Below are positions 12,657-25,770 of a stretch of DNA of 64,000 bases, piece by piece. Source of the DNA: Camelus ferus. Lineage: Eukaryota. Location: positions 55,430,001 to 55,494,000 of the forward strand of contig NC_045697.1 in assembly GCF_009834535.1 (NCBI RefSeq), in the 5' to 3' direction. A model generated the notes under the pieces. The model made no database searches. It saw only the letters and a list, made by a program, of their open reading frames with translations, and was not told the DNA's origin. How positions within the stretch are numbered: position 1 is the stretch's first letter; every line of letters starts with the position of its first letter. A program made the translations under genes and the position numbers.

Positions 12657-15600
12657 TTTTTTTAAAATTGAGGTATAGTTAATTTACAATATTGTATTAG
12701 TTTCAGGTAAACAACACAATTCAATATTTTATAGGTAATACTCCATATAAAGTTATTATGAAATGTTGCTAATATTCCCTGTGTGGCACAATACATTCCT
12801 GTACCTTATTTATTTTATACCTGATAGTTTGTACCTCTTAATCCCCTTCTCCTATCTTGCCCCTCTCCTCAGCCCTTTCCCCACTGGTAACTACTCGTTT
12901 GTTTTCTGTGTCTGTGAGTCTGTTTCTGTTTTGTTATATTCATTTATTTGCCTTATTTTTTAGGTTCCACATATAAGTGAAAATATGGGGTTTATCTTTC
13001 TCTGTTCAACTTACTTCACTAAGCATAATAACCTCCAGATCCATCCATATTGTTGTGAATGGCAAAATTTCATTCTTTTTTATAGCTGAGTAGTATTCTA
13101 CTGTATGCATATGTTTGTGTGTGCATATATCTCACCTTCTTTATCCATTCATCTGTTGATGGGCACCTGGGCTGCCTTCATATCCTCACTGTTGTAAACA
13201 ATGCTGCTATAAATATTGGGGTGCATGTATCTTTTTGAATTAGTGTTTTCATTTTCTTCAGATATATACCCAGGAGTGGAATTCCTAGATCATATGGTAG
13301 CTCTATTTTTGTTTTTTGAGGAACCTCCATACTGCTTTCCACAGTAGCTGCATTAATTTACATTCCCACCAATACTGTAAAAGAGCTCCCATTTCTCCAC
13401 ATCCTTGCCAACATTTGTTGTTTGTGATCTTTTTGATGATAGCCATTCTAACAGATGTGAGGTGATATCTCACTGTGGTTTTGATTTGCAGGTCCCTGAT
13501 GATTAGTAATATTGAGCATCTTTTCATTTGCCTATAGGCTGTCTGTATGTCCTCTTGGGAAAAGATGTATTCACATCTTCTTCCCATTTTAAAAATTCGG
13601 TTGTTTGTCTTTTTTGATATTGAATTGTATAAGCTCCTTATATATTTTGGGTATAACCCCTTATTAGACATATTTGCAAGTATTTCCACCCATTCAGAGG
13701 TTGTCTTTTTGTTTTGTTGATGGTTTCATTGACTGTGCAAAAAGTTTTCATTTTAATTAGATCTCATTTGTTTATTTTTGTTCTTGTTTCCCTTGCATAA
13801 GGAGACATATCCAAGAAATTATTGTCATGACTTACGTCAAAGAGTGTACTGCTTAATCTTATCTTCTGAATTCATTGATTTACATGTAGCTGTCCAATTT
13901 TCCCAACACCCTATGAAGAGAGTGTCTTTTTCCCATGGTATATTCTTGCCTCCTTTGTTGTAGATTAATCGACCAATTTCTGGGCTCTCTATTCTGTTCC
14001 ATTGACCTATATGTCTGTTTTTGTACCAATACCACACTGTTTTGATGATTGTAGCTTTGTAGTATAGTCTGAGGTCTGGAAGGGTTATGTCTCCAGCATT
14101 GTTCTTTTTCCTCAGAGTTACAATGGCAATTTGGGGTCTTTTGTGGTTCCCTATGAGTTGTGGAATGTTTTGTCTAGTTTTGTGAATAATATCATGCATA
14201 CTCTATAGATTGCTTTGGTTAGTATGGCCATTTTAACAATATTAATTCTTCCAGTCCAAGAACATAGGGTATGTTTTTATGTCTTTGTATCATCTTCAAT
14301 TTGCTTCATCATTATTTTATAGTTTTCAGGGTATAAGTTTTTCACTTCCTTGGTTAAGTTTATTTCTAGGTTTTTTTTTTTTTTATGTTTTACCACTTTA
14401 ATTATGATACATTATGGTGTGGGTCTCGTTGGGTTCATCTTATTTGGGATTCTCTGTTATTCCTGTAACTAGATTTTTTTTTTTTCTTCATGGTTGGTAA
14501 ATTTTCTGCCATAATTTTATCTAATACATTTTCTACCCTTTTCTGTCTCTTTTCTCCTTCTGGGACCACTTTAATGCAAATATTAGTATATGTGATATTG
14601 TTTAAGAGGTCCTTTAAACTATTCTCATTTTTAAAAATTTGTTTTTATTTTGGCTATTCTGATTGGGTAATTTCCATTATTCAGTCTTCTGCATCACTTA
14701 TATGTTCTGAATCACTTAATCTGCTGTTAAATTTTTTCTGTGTTCCACTTCAGTTATTGTATTATTTAGCTCTGATTGGTTCCTTGACATATTTTCTAGT
14801 TCTTGTTAAAAATCTTACTATGTTCATCTATTATTTTCTCCAATTCCAGTTAGCATTCTTATTAATATTGCTTTGAACTCTTTATCAGGTAAATTATTTA
14901 CCTCTGTTTCATTAGGGATATTTCCAGGAGATTTTTCTTGTTTTTTCATTTGAAGCATTCTTCTGTCCTCTCATTTTGTTAAACTTTCTCTATGTCTGTG
15001 AAATTAGGTGATGTAGTTACCTTGAAGTTGTGCCCGTAAGAAGTGTGGGAGCATTCTTACGGAGTCTGTGTGTACCCACTGCTTTGATCGGAGAACTGGA
15101 TCTGAAGTGAACATGGGCCAGATCTTTCTCCCAGGCATCACTTTAGTGGGAGGTATGGCTGGAGTTGGAGGGGCTAGAGCCAGAACCAGATGTAAGCTGT
15201 GGATTCTTCTGTACTCAATGGCCATTCCTGCTCTATCATGAGTGGGGGTGGGGCATGAAGGCCTGGAGTAGGAGCCCTGAGTTTTCTTCTGAGTGTGATG
15301 GTAGTCTCTGCCTTGGTTGAGGTCATGGCAGGGGCCTGAGGGCTTGGGGCTTCACTTCTGTGCTAGTTTCACATTTTCCCAGTGTGTGTGTGACTTGGTT
15401 AGAGGCTGGGTCAGGGCCAGAGGGGTTGGTGCCACACTGTTGAGCTGGGATTGCTCCCACCAGTGATGGCAGTCTGCACCCTGGAGCTAGTTTCACTCCT
15501 CCCAAATTGGACAGGGATAGACACATTGTTAATGAATTCTGCTTTTGTCAGAGGCAGGGGTCTGAGCTGGCTCCATTCTCTCTAAGTGTGTGCAGTCTTG

Positions 15601-16407
15601 TTGGCAATGGCAGACTCTGCCCTTGTGGAGAGCAGCACTGGAGCAAAAGAGGCTGGAGTAGGAGCCTAGTGTAGGCTGGGGTGTGCACTGGGGTGGTCCT
15701 GTCAACCTGGCCAGAGTCCCAGGCAGTTTTCAATCTGCTTCCTTCTCTCTGTGACCCAGAGAAAGCAAGTATGTGCGTGCTCTTCAAGAGAGAAGTCTTG
15801 ATTTCTTGTAGGCCTCTCCACTGATTTTCAAGCCAGCTAAGGAGGGTCATCTTCTTGTAGTCAGACCCTGGAGTTGGGGTGTCTAATATGTAGCTGGAAT
15901 CCCTCACACCCAAGGGATGATACCCAAGCCCTCCTCTTCTGGGTCCTTGGCCAGGGGTTCAGATCCCAAACTGGTCACTTCTCTTCCCTTTCTACCAGAT
16001 TCTATGTGAATCATTTTTCACAGCCTTTGTTGTAGAAAAGCCATTCTGCCAGTCTCCATTTTTAAAGGTTTCTCTTGTAGCTGTACTTATTTATTTGTTT
16101 ATTTACTTTATTGAAGTATAGTCAGTTTACAGTGTTGTGTCAATTTCTGGTGTATAGCATAATAGTTCAGTCATACATATACATACATATATTTGTTTTC
16201 ATATTCTTTTTCATTATAGGTTACTACAAGATATTGAATAGGGTTTCCTGTGCTATACAGTATAAACTTATCTATTTTATATACAGTAGTTATTACCTGC
16301 AAATTTTAAACTCAGGGATCATTTTCCTAGTTTGTAGTTGTAATTTTTATGTTTGTGAGGGAAGGTGAGCTCAGTGTCATTCTATTCAGCCATCTTGATC
16401 TCCCTCC
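12657..16407 (-). mobile_element. L1 with 5' UTR, partial ORF1, ORF2 C-terminal part and 3' UTR; internally deleted and non-functional
   Basis: 5' end GGAGGGAGATCAAGATGGCTGA at 16407; GC-richer 5' UTR about 15000-16400; ORF1-like QRIPNKMNPTRPTP near 14410-14455; ORFs 13837..14199 ([38 protein letters not shown]) and 13303..13689 ([24 protein letters not shown]...CWQGCGE...WWECKL) are L1 ORF2; T-tract at 12657. Confidence 0.93.
16086..16331 (-). mobile_element. Short 5'-truncated younger L1 3' end nested in the older L1 5' UTR
   Basis: (TTTA)n tail then TTGAAGTATAGTCAGTTTACA, as at about 47025, 51815 and 57264; TSD TTGTAG[C/T]TGTA at 16075-16085 and 16332-16342. Confidence 0.85.
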
Positions 16408-16429
16408 AAAGGTCTTTTTTTTTTTTTTT

Positions 16430-19150
16430 TAACAAAAGTCCTATTTCCTTGCACTTTAATCTATATTTTATATTTTTACATATTGCTAAAGAAGAAACTA
16501 TCTAATTCATTACAGCATTATAAAGATTCATCTCATAGATTTTCTTCTAAAGTTTTTAACATTCAGGTCTGTTCTTTATCAAGAAATGGTTATTATCTAT
16601 GATATGATGTAGTTGTTTTATATATTTTTATATGGAAAATCAATTACCCCAATAACATTAATTTTATTTTAGTGCCATATAAAATATTAGGATGGATCTA
16701 TCTTCATGCTATGTTTGCATTGATCACTGTGTTTCCTTGTGGATCATAAATTTATAGCTTTATAATTAACCCTGATTTCTGGTTAGGCAGTTAACCCCTC
16801 CGTGTTCTGTTTTTCAAAATTGTATCGTCTGTATTATAACTTTATTCAGTAAGATGAAATTTAGAATTACTATTCTAACACAGGGTATGGAAAATTTTAT
16901 TAAAATTGACGTGAAAAGAATTTATAGATTTAGTTTGAAAAATTGATATGTGTGATTCTCATTTCCCCATCTATGAACATAGTACATCTCTTCACTTTTT
17001 TAGTTTGTTTTTCAGTAACATTTTACACTCTGTGAATTGAGATCATTTCTATGTAAATTTCCACAATACTAGGCTGTACTTATACATTGTTAATTTTGCA
17101 TACTTTATGCATGGGAATCTGATTGCTTCTCATTTTTATTTATAATTATTATCATAACTAACAATATTGTAGATACACCATTTCAGTTTTTATCAACTTT
17201 ACATTTGATACGGATTCCTAGCAATTTGGTCTTTTTGTAAATTAATGAATATGTAGTTGTGCTATATTTTGCCATTTTCCCCTCCATACAGGTTACAACC
17301 ATTTTACATTCCACTGAAACATATTAGAGTCTCTATCTCCACAGCCTCACTAACAGCCGTGCTATCAAAATACTGGATTTTTGCAAATCTAATAGGTGAG
17401 GGATGATATTTGAGTGTATTTTTAAATTTTCTCTTTCTATAAAGCTCTCATTCTTTAAAGAATTTTGAGTTTCTAATTATGTATTTATGCTAATCTGAAT
17501 TTTCATTCTTTTGGCTTGATTGTTCATATAATTTATTCATTTCATTTGATTTTTTGGGCATTTTAATCTCAATTTGTCATAGACTTTTTGTATAATTCAT
17601 ATCCCATTTTAAGTATTCAGCTCATTAATTTCTTCCTATTTTTCATGTCATTTTTATTTAATTTGTGGCATTTACATTTTGTTTTATTTTGCTTTGTCTT
17701 GCAAAAAATGGCCAATAGATCTTTTCCTCCAATGGCTAATTATTGCCACATCATCTGTATTTTCGCTAATGCTTTGAGATAACCATCTTTATTAAATACT
17801 AAGTTTCTATAAATCTTGGGTACCTTTTTTGGAGTTTCTATTTCTATTTCATTAGTTTTCCATCTATCTATAAATAAATTTTATATGGTCTTAAAATATA
17901 GGCTTTATAAACTGTTTCAATTTCTGATATACCTACTCCTTCATTATTGCTTTTTCCCGTAGTTTTTCTATTTAATGCATATTCTGCAAATTTTAATCAA
18001 AATTGATGGTATTTTGTTATAGAGGAAGAAATAAAAATGACTCTTCTTGATGTAAACATGATACATTTATAAACTAAAAGTAGAAAATCCTAAGGATGTG
18101 AGGCTTTTTGTTCAAGAATATGGTATTTTTCATTTCTTTCTCTCTTCTTTTGTGTGCTTTAGTAGTGTATTTACATTCATATAGTCAGTTTTTTGCCTAC
18201 TTCTTGTTAAATTTATGCCTAGATATTATAACAGTTTTGTTTTTATTACAAATGGGATCTTCATTTATTTTATGATCTAAACAATTATTTTTACATATGA
18301 AGCCATATGATTTTACCTAGTTTTATAAATTACAGTATGCAAATTTTGATTTATTAAATTAGCTTGTTTGTAATAGGATTTTCAGTTGGCTCTTTTTGAT
18401 TTTCTAGATACATAATACCCAAATATATCACCTGCATATATACATATAAAACATCTCTCCATCTCTTAATCACACATACATATGGTCATATCCAATTTTA
18501 TCAAGTGTTCTTATGATGAATGGGTCTTACATTTTATTGAAAAAAGTTTTGGCTTCTGTGGAAGTTATTATATATGTTTTCATTCTTATAAGGCTTCATA
18601 CTTTAATTGAGATGTTAAGCTAGTAATCCTGTTGAATTCAGTTTTGTGAACTCCACCGAGCAAAAATATAACTTGACTCACTTTCTGTGTAACTAGCTAG
18701 TGTTATAATCTCTGATAGAAGAGGTTATTTTTTCCCCTTAGTAGTCTCTGTCATTTCCACATATGCTTCAAACCATTTCCAAATATTTTATTTCACTCCA
18801 CTGAATAATTTGTTTATTCCTTGCCAATACCACTTGTTTTAAAATACACAGCTTTGTAATATGTTTGATCAAAAGAGGCAAATTCCCTCTTTGTTCTTCT
18901 TATTGTTCATCTCCTTATTTTTAAATATTGTCTTGGCCATCTTTGTACATAAATAATCTCATATTAACTTTCAGTTTGTTGGACAAGTCCCCTAAATACT
19001 GTGTGAGATTCTAAATTGAGATTTTGTTGAATTTATTAATATGGATATAGACAGAATAGATACTTAAAATTATGTATTTTTTCTCCTCCATAAACATGAC
19101 TTACCTTTTCATTTATTCAGAACTTATTTTGCAAACTTCACTAAAATTCT
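16430..19150 (-). mobile_element. Mosaic of very old L1M ORF2 and 3' fragments
   Basis: Repeated antisense ORF2-like motifs (CCCCATCTATGAACATAGTACATCTCTTCA; CAAGAATATGGTATTTTTCATTT; CCATAAACATGACTTACCTTTTCATTTATTCAG) imply several separate pieces. Confidence 0.7.
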
Positions 19151-19164
19151 TATGTTTTCCCAAA

Positions 19165-19656
19165 AAAGTCTTTTGTGATCTAGCCCTGCCTACATCTCCA
19201 GGTTCTTTCTTATTTGCTTTTCCCCACTAGCCACTGTAGCCTCTCTCTTCCTTAACTTGACAAGCCTTTTCCCACCCTAGTCCTTCTGCCTTGAAATTCT
19301 TTCCCCTATAGTCACATTTTTTGGCTCCTTCTTGTCATTCAGGTCTCAGATTATATGCTGCCTTCTTAGAGAAGCTTCCATTATACAACTCTTTAATGTG
19401 GTTTTCTGGTCAGAATACAGTAACCTGTTTTACTCTCTGTAAAACTTTACTCTCTGTAAAGTTCTTATCCTTATCTAATATTTTCCTTCTAATACTGATA
19501 ACTAATTTTGCTTTTTATTATCATCCTCCCTATACTGGAAACAAAAGCTTTTAGAGAGCAAATGTGTCTATTTTCTTCACTGATAACACTCAGTGCCCTT
19601 AAAAAAAAAAAAAAAAAAAAGGCCTGAGAGTAGGCACTAAAACTTTGTTAATGAAA
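19165..19656 (+). mobile_element. L2 3' end
   Basis: GTGATCTAGCCCTGCCTACATCTCC...GGCTCCTTCTTGTCATTCAGGTCTCAG...AGTAGGCACTAAAACTTTGTTAATGAA; contains a long A-run at about 19601-19620. Confidence 0.75.
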
Positions 19657-19722
19657 AAGGCTTATCTATGAGAAAACTATATTTTAATTTTAGATATAAT
19701 CCCTGAAAATACACCCTTTGTT

Positions 19723-20063
19723 TGTTGATCTAAAACAGAATGCCTGATATTTTCCCAGCAAAGGTCGGTTTATTCAGGGTCAGGAGAGAATGGGCTTGGT
19801 CACTATGGCAAGGTGTGCCACATGCAAGTCTACACACAGGACTTGGACACACACAGCAAAGGAAGGAGAACACTTTCATAGATAGGAAAAGGAAGCTGGG
19901 ATGTCTATAGTAACCCAAGAGACCATGGCTTTTCATTGGCTGAGTTCTTGCCAGGAAAGATGTCTTCTTGGTGTTGGGCTCTGCTATTTCAGCAGGGCGT
20001 GAGAGCTTCCCCTTCTGGTGTTCCACCTCTCTTTAATCGAGGCTTCTGTTTATTAATTTTACA
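19723..20063 (-). mobile_element. ERV1-class solo LTR, 341 bp
   Basis: TG...CA termini; 4-bp TSD TGTT (19719-19722) versus CGTT (20064-20067), differing by a CpG-type transition; minus-strand AATAAA at 19769-19774 and CCAAT near 19935. Confidence 0.8.
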
Positions 20064-23000
20064 CGTTTGTCATAGAGACTTGAAAAATTGGACACACAAT
20101 TTTCACGATAAAATGCCTTTTTTATATCCCAATGAAATCCCTTTCTTATCCCTCTTCCTCATTTCCTTCTATGTACATTTCTATTCTCAGCTTTCCCAGC
20201 ATTTTCACCTGTAAGTGTTATATAGGAAAGCGTATATACACTTTACTCTTAAAATATACTTTGTTTTCTAATATTGTGAAGAAGGGAAGAATTAGGGAAG
20301 TGAATGTTATTAGAATATCTCTTGGATTCCTTCTAAAAAAAATTACTAAGAAGTTGAAATATTTGGACTATAAATGATCCACATTGATAAATATTAGAAT
20401 GACACTGAAAAATGAAAAACATGATACTTGTATGATAGGTTTGTACAGGTAGGGTTTTAATTCTTATGAAAAAATTTTAATAATGTTATTTTCATTTTAA
20501 TTAATTCCCTAGAAAGCAGATTATTTTAATGGTCATAATCATTTGAGTTGATTAGTTTCCATTCCAGCTGGCCCTTTACCATAATTAATGGATGCCTTCA
20601 AAGCAGCCTGATGTTTATCAGCAAATACTGTTTTATAAAAGAAAAAAACTTTCCATAAGACAATACACCAGTATTTATGGTGTTCTGCAAAATGTGCTCC
20701 TAAATTTTCACAGATATTAGTGACAACCAGAGCAATAATCATTAACAAGACCTACATTCAGGCATTAAAGATACAAATGATATAAAGAGAGGACTAAAGA
20801 TACTTTATTATGACAAAAGACCAACCTCATTCAAGAGATAAAATCAGATTTAATATGTACATGACAAAAAATTAGAAAAACAAAAGAAATACCAGTTTTG
20901 TCAAAAATTGGTATGAGTCATTATGCACATGAGAATATTTATTTTCAGTTTACTTCAACTATATTTCCTATTAATAAAGTTATATGATTTCTTCTCAATA
21001 GTTACCTAAAATTTCTGATTTATTTGGATATATTTGCGTGATATATGGGCAATGCAAAAAATGGTCAAATAAGAGATTTTGGCAATACTCTAGGATAGTT
21101 AGAATACTGTAAAACTCAATATCCACTTTTTATAGCTTAGAGTTGTTAAGAAGGCAAAAGATAAAAACCTGGAAAGAACTCTAAAGTTACAGGAAAGCAG
21201 TAAGATTGAATCGTAATAACGCCATTTTAGATGACATTTTGCCAGCATGTATTTCCCAGTCCAACCAGTGCCAGAAATTTCTATATGTTCAGCTTCAGAT
21301 GTGTTGTTAATTAGGATATTGTATAATATTTAAGGTCTTTGCATATCCATATAGTTTGTGTTTCTATGATTCTTCCAAAGTTATCATAACCAGGATTACT
21401 ATTATTGACACTATGTATATAATACATGTAATTTAAAAATACACATCAAATTCCTATGACAGATGGCTTATCTTGTAGTATTTCCCAAAAAACTGTAATC
21501 CACTGCCAAGAATCCTATCTCCACCGATTCGACCCTAGAACAAAATGGGAAAAGTCTGCCAAGGGAACCGTTTGTTTGGGATGCCACTTTTCCTCACACA
21601 TAGGTGTCAGGAATCTCCTGAAAGTTGTACTTAGATGGAACGTAAAGGGTGGGCAGGGTGATGCCAGTTATCCCAATCCTCTGCCTCCTTTCTTCCAGAA
21701 TATTCTTAAGTACACATACTTACATGAAGGGATGACGTCTTCTGAATGAATCGGTAGGTTACATTTAGTTATTAGAAACAATTTCCAAGACAGTCCCCTT
21801 CAGCTGGCTGCAGATTCATGGGAGCCTTGTTTTGTATATTAACAGTAGAGAAAGCCCACACCACGTTTAAAGGAGAAAGCTAGCAGCTGAATGTCCAAGT
21901 GCCCTGCCGTAAAACATCATATTTTATTTTTGAAAGTGGGGTGGAAATAAAAACAATTTATTGTATTAAAATAATAACAATTCTGTATGGAACACATTCT
22001 CTTTTCCTATCCTTGGCCTAGATACTTGGCCTGGTGTATTTACTTTTTGCTTTCGCTAAGTCAGTCTCTCTCTCGTCATACTCAGTTTCTGTCGATATGT
22101 TGATTTTCCACTGGTATTGTTACATACATGATTTTCATTTCATTCACACAATGTCCCCTCTACATTGGCTATGTGGAGGTGTACAGTGAGTGTGTATACG
22201 CACAGATATGGACAAATATATGAACTAGGCCTGTTTAGTATTAAAAAAAATCCCAAACATCAAGAGTTTTTCTTCTTTCCTATACAAGGCTTGGTTTTAA
22301 TTTTTAAATATAAACTGAATTCAGTATCCTTACAGGGCGAACTTTCATTTTACTCTCCTAGGATATAAATTTAGAGAAAATATAACATGGCAGACCTTTT
22401 TAAATAGGGACGGTCTTGTTAATATTTTTTGATTTGTATAACCAAAAAAACAAAGCAAAACAAAGCAAAAAGCAAAACAGGCGACCCATATTCCTTTAGC
22501 TGTGGCTTTCAGGAAAATAACTGGTTTTATTTGAAATATCTATAATTTACTTGAAGGTCTAACAACTAAAGTAGCTAGAAATAGCTAGAAATTCAAGCCA
22601 GTCACCAGGTGTGCTTTTCTGTGCCAGCTTTACTTAATGCTGCTCTGAAATGCCTCTCTGGATATCCACCTTCCCGGATTATCTCTACTCTATGAAACAG
22701 AATAAACAATAAATAAATTTAATTCAGAATTGAAAAAGACTAAGGATTAAGAAGATTCCAATTTCTTCAATTTTACTATGAAGCAATCGAAGTACATAGA
22801 ATTTATTGAAAAATAACAGCCAATCCTACAACCTAGATCTCCTAATTCTTCACTAGTCTGTTTCTCACCACCTTACCTTTCCTCTTAAACATTAGGATTC
22901 TCTGGATTTTTCTACTTCTAATCTTGAGTATTAGAAAGCAACAGAAATGCTCATCTGAAAGCAGGAAATAAGGATATTTAAAGGTCATATATATTAGAAA

Positions 23001-23741
23001 GTTCTACTTTTGAAGTTTAGAATAATTTTATTTACTCTTGCTTCCCAATGTTAAAAATATACTAATTGGAAGAGAAATCTGAACAAATAAAAATGATGGA
23101 TAATAAACAGGCTGAAAATAAACAAATGTATAAATTTTACTAAAAATATTCTAAGAAATCTAATGTGTCTTCACTAAATCTATCAAATGATATATACAAA
23201 TTCAAAAAGAAAACAAAATAAAATGATGTATTTAAGCTCAAAAACAAAATTCAACAGGAGTTATCCTTACTGGAGCAATGCACACTTTCTAACATCAAGA
23301 TTCCATGTTTTATTATTTCTCAAAGTTGAATCACTGAAAACAGATGGCTGCCTGAATAGTAGATATTTCTATAAGTAACGATAGACTCTTCCCACTCAGT
23401 TTCATTTGCTTTGCTTTCATGGATTTTAGAATTATGAACATATGAAAACATAAGATAAATTTCCCATCAGAACAGTGTGAAACTAGAAAATAAAAATCCA
23501 CTTAACAACATCAAATTGAAAAGAAAAAGAAAACTGGAAAATTAGTTCAGGAGAAATAACATTAAGTACATGGAATTCTTTCTCTCTGTTTTGCAGAATT
23601 CTTAGTTTAAGGAATGTTCAAAGGAATAATTTTTCTAACAATAGGTAACATAGTTACTACTAATAACAAGGGGGATATTCAGATTTTTTTTTTTTTTTTT
23701 TGATATTATGGTGTACTCTGCCTTGCATGCCAAGGAGACTG

Positions 23742-23831
23742 ATGGAGAATGTGACCTGATACCTACTGAAGTACTACTCAGTCTCCATGGAGAATGTGAC
23801 CTGATACCTACTGTCATAGTACTCAGTCTCC
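23742..23831. repeat. Tandem duplication, 2 x 45 bp
   Basis: ATGGAGAATGTGACCTGATACCTACTG...TACTCAGTCTCC at 23742-23786 and 23787-23831. Confidence 0.95.
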
Positions 23832-24119
23832 AAAAATGAGTTTTCTCCTTGTCAGTGCCTACCTTAAGCCTAAGCTCCACAACATATCCTACAGGAAATT
23901 TTTACTTTTTCTTTTAAACAATTATTTTCATATTTATTGAATTTGGTCTTTACCCAAAGGAGTTTTAATACTTAATCTGAATCAAAAGAAAACTCATTTC
24001 CAAGAAGGTACATGAAAAAGTCACCAGCATACAAAGTGATTTGATAAATGTTTCTAAGAGTGCTTATTATCAGATTTAGAGAACAGAATTATCTTAAAGA
24101 AACAAAGAATACTCAAATG

Positions 24120-24920
24120 GTCATGACTTTTTACTTCAGTCTGACCCAAACCTTTATTCCTAAAGGGTGTATACGCTAAGTGGTCTTTTGTTCCTGAAGT
24201 TTTCTTTCATGTTATGTCACGGGACAAAGGAGCAATAATAGGCAAATCAGAACTTCTTCGCATTGCAGCATAATGACTGTGGAGTAGCAGCCCCACTTCC
24301 TCTTGATGATCATGATCAGTCATTTCAGGTTGTGTGACATAGCTATATGCAGTCTTCCTCAAACCACTCCCTTCTTTGTTCCTTCCTCAGTCAGCTCATT
24401 ATACACAATATCCTCAAGTGACTTTATGGTTGGGTTAAGTGAGAAATGACTATAAAAGAGGGAATAGAGGCTCATGAGACTGAGCCATTTTTTCATGCTA
24501 CTTGTGCCTTCAAGACCTGCTTGATCCTGATTCAATCTCCAGATTAAATTTCACTTGATGAGTATTGCTGCAAATACTCAAATTTGTGGCTTAGTGGGTA
24601 ACATAACGTCATGTTCATAGTAGATGGGTCACAGTACATGATGATGTAGTAGATTATGTTTAGATCTTCAGTCTCTACTAAAGCCCATTAGCAAACCAGA
24701 AACTGTTTTTAATGGAGAATGATTACCTGTAATAGATGACATGACTTTGCTGCACTATCCTAAGGCTCTGTTCTGTCATTCTCTTTTGGAAGTCTGTCAG
24801 AGTTCTCTACAGCATCCTTATCTACTACAGGTACTTCAAATAACATTTTATATGCTAGATCATAGGACCCAAATGTCAGACTAATTTTTATAGTGGCCTG
24901 AATTTGTTGTAGGAGCTTAT
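24120..24920 (-). mobile_element. Decayed ERV-L internal fragment (pol RT-connection/RNase H start joined to dUTPase end)
   Basis: Minus-strand translations FGSYDLAYKMLFEVPVVDKDAV, QFLVC*WALVETEDL (24705-24661), YNELTEE, DHDHQEEVGLLLH and PLGIKVWV parallel HERV-L/MuERV-L pol as recalled (LGPYDPADPMVLEVSVADRDAV, QLLACYWALVETERL, YDQLTEE, DPDYQDEISLLLH, PSGMKVWV); many stops and frameshifts. Confidence 0.85.
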
Positions 24921-24939
24921 GAATATAGTTTTACAAACC

Positions 24940-25770
24940 TTTTGGAAGATGTTAGTAATTGGAATCCAGAAATTTATTAAAAACATGACATATTATGACA
25001 AAGAGGGACTTATCCCAGAAATGCACAGTTGGCGTAACTTTCAAAAATCAATTATTGTAACTCATTAATAGGATAAAGAAGAAAAACGGTCATCACAATA
25101 GGTGAAAAAATATTGATGGAATTAAATATTCATAACATAAAAATTCAAAAGACTAAGAATAACAGACTTTCCTCAATATGAAAATTATCTATAAAATTGT
25201 ACAGCTAAAACCGTATTTACTGAAATATGAAACTATCTTTCTAGGATTGGAAGTCAGTAAGACAATAATGTCTTCTGTAACCACTTCTATTCAACACTTC
25301 ATTGAAAGTGTCAGCCACTGTAATAAGGAAAGGATAGAAATAAAAGGCATGAAGTTTGGAAAACAAGCATTATATTGAGAAGGTAGATGTATATATATAA
25401 CATACACATGTATAATCAATTTTATTATTGTTTGAGGAATAATTAGAAAATTAAATATACAATTACAATATGCAATTGAATAACAAAAATAGGAATATAT
25501 TTTATAAAAATATGTAATACCAGCATACTAAAATTTCAAAATGTGAGCAGAGAAAAATTAAAGAATACTTAAATAGATGGAGAGATTTATCATGTGTATA
25601 GATTGGAGAGCTCAATATTACTAAAACAAATTTTCAAAATAATCTGAAAATTCAGTGGAATTGCAATTAAAATTTCAACATTTTGTAAAATCCCAAGATG
25701 ATTTTATATTTTAATAAAATTTCAAATGATCTATAATAGTCAGAGCAACTATCTGAATAACAAAAGAACT
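24940..25770 (+). mobile_element. Old L1 ORF2 (reverse transcriptase region) fragment
   Basis: TATTATGACAAAGAGGGACTTATCCCAGAAATGCACAGTTGG parallels HHDQVGFIPGMQGW; CCACTTCTATTCAACA (PLLFN); AAATAGATGGAGAGAT...GATTGGAGAGCTCAATATT. Confidence 0.8.

Noticed and set aside
13303..14199. Two ORFs of 120-128 aa
   Set aside because: Frameshifted L1 ORF2 remnants, not host genes.
14490..14876. Hydrophobic 128-aa ORF resembling a membrane protein
   Set aside because: Antisense reading of A-rich L1 ORF1.
21699..21753. Plus-strand coding exon (strong acceptor, CG|GTAGGT donor)
   Set aside because: Stop codons in all three frames and no supporting neighbours.
23734..23831. CRISPR-like array or C/D box snoRNA
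   Set aside because: Only two units with no spacers in a mammalian context; no canonical C box and no CTGA adjacent to the closing stem.
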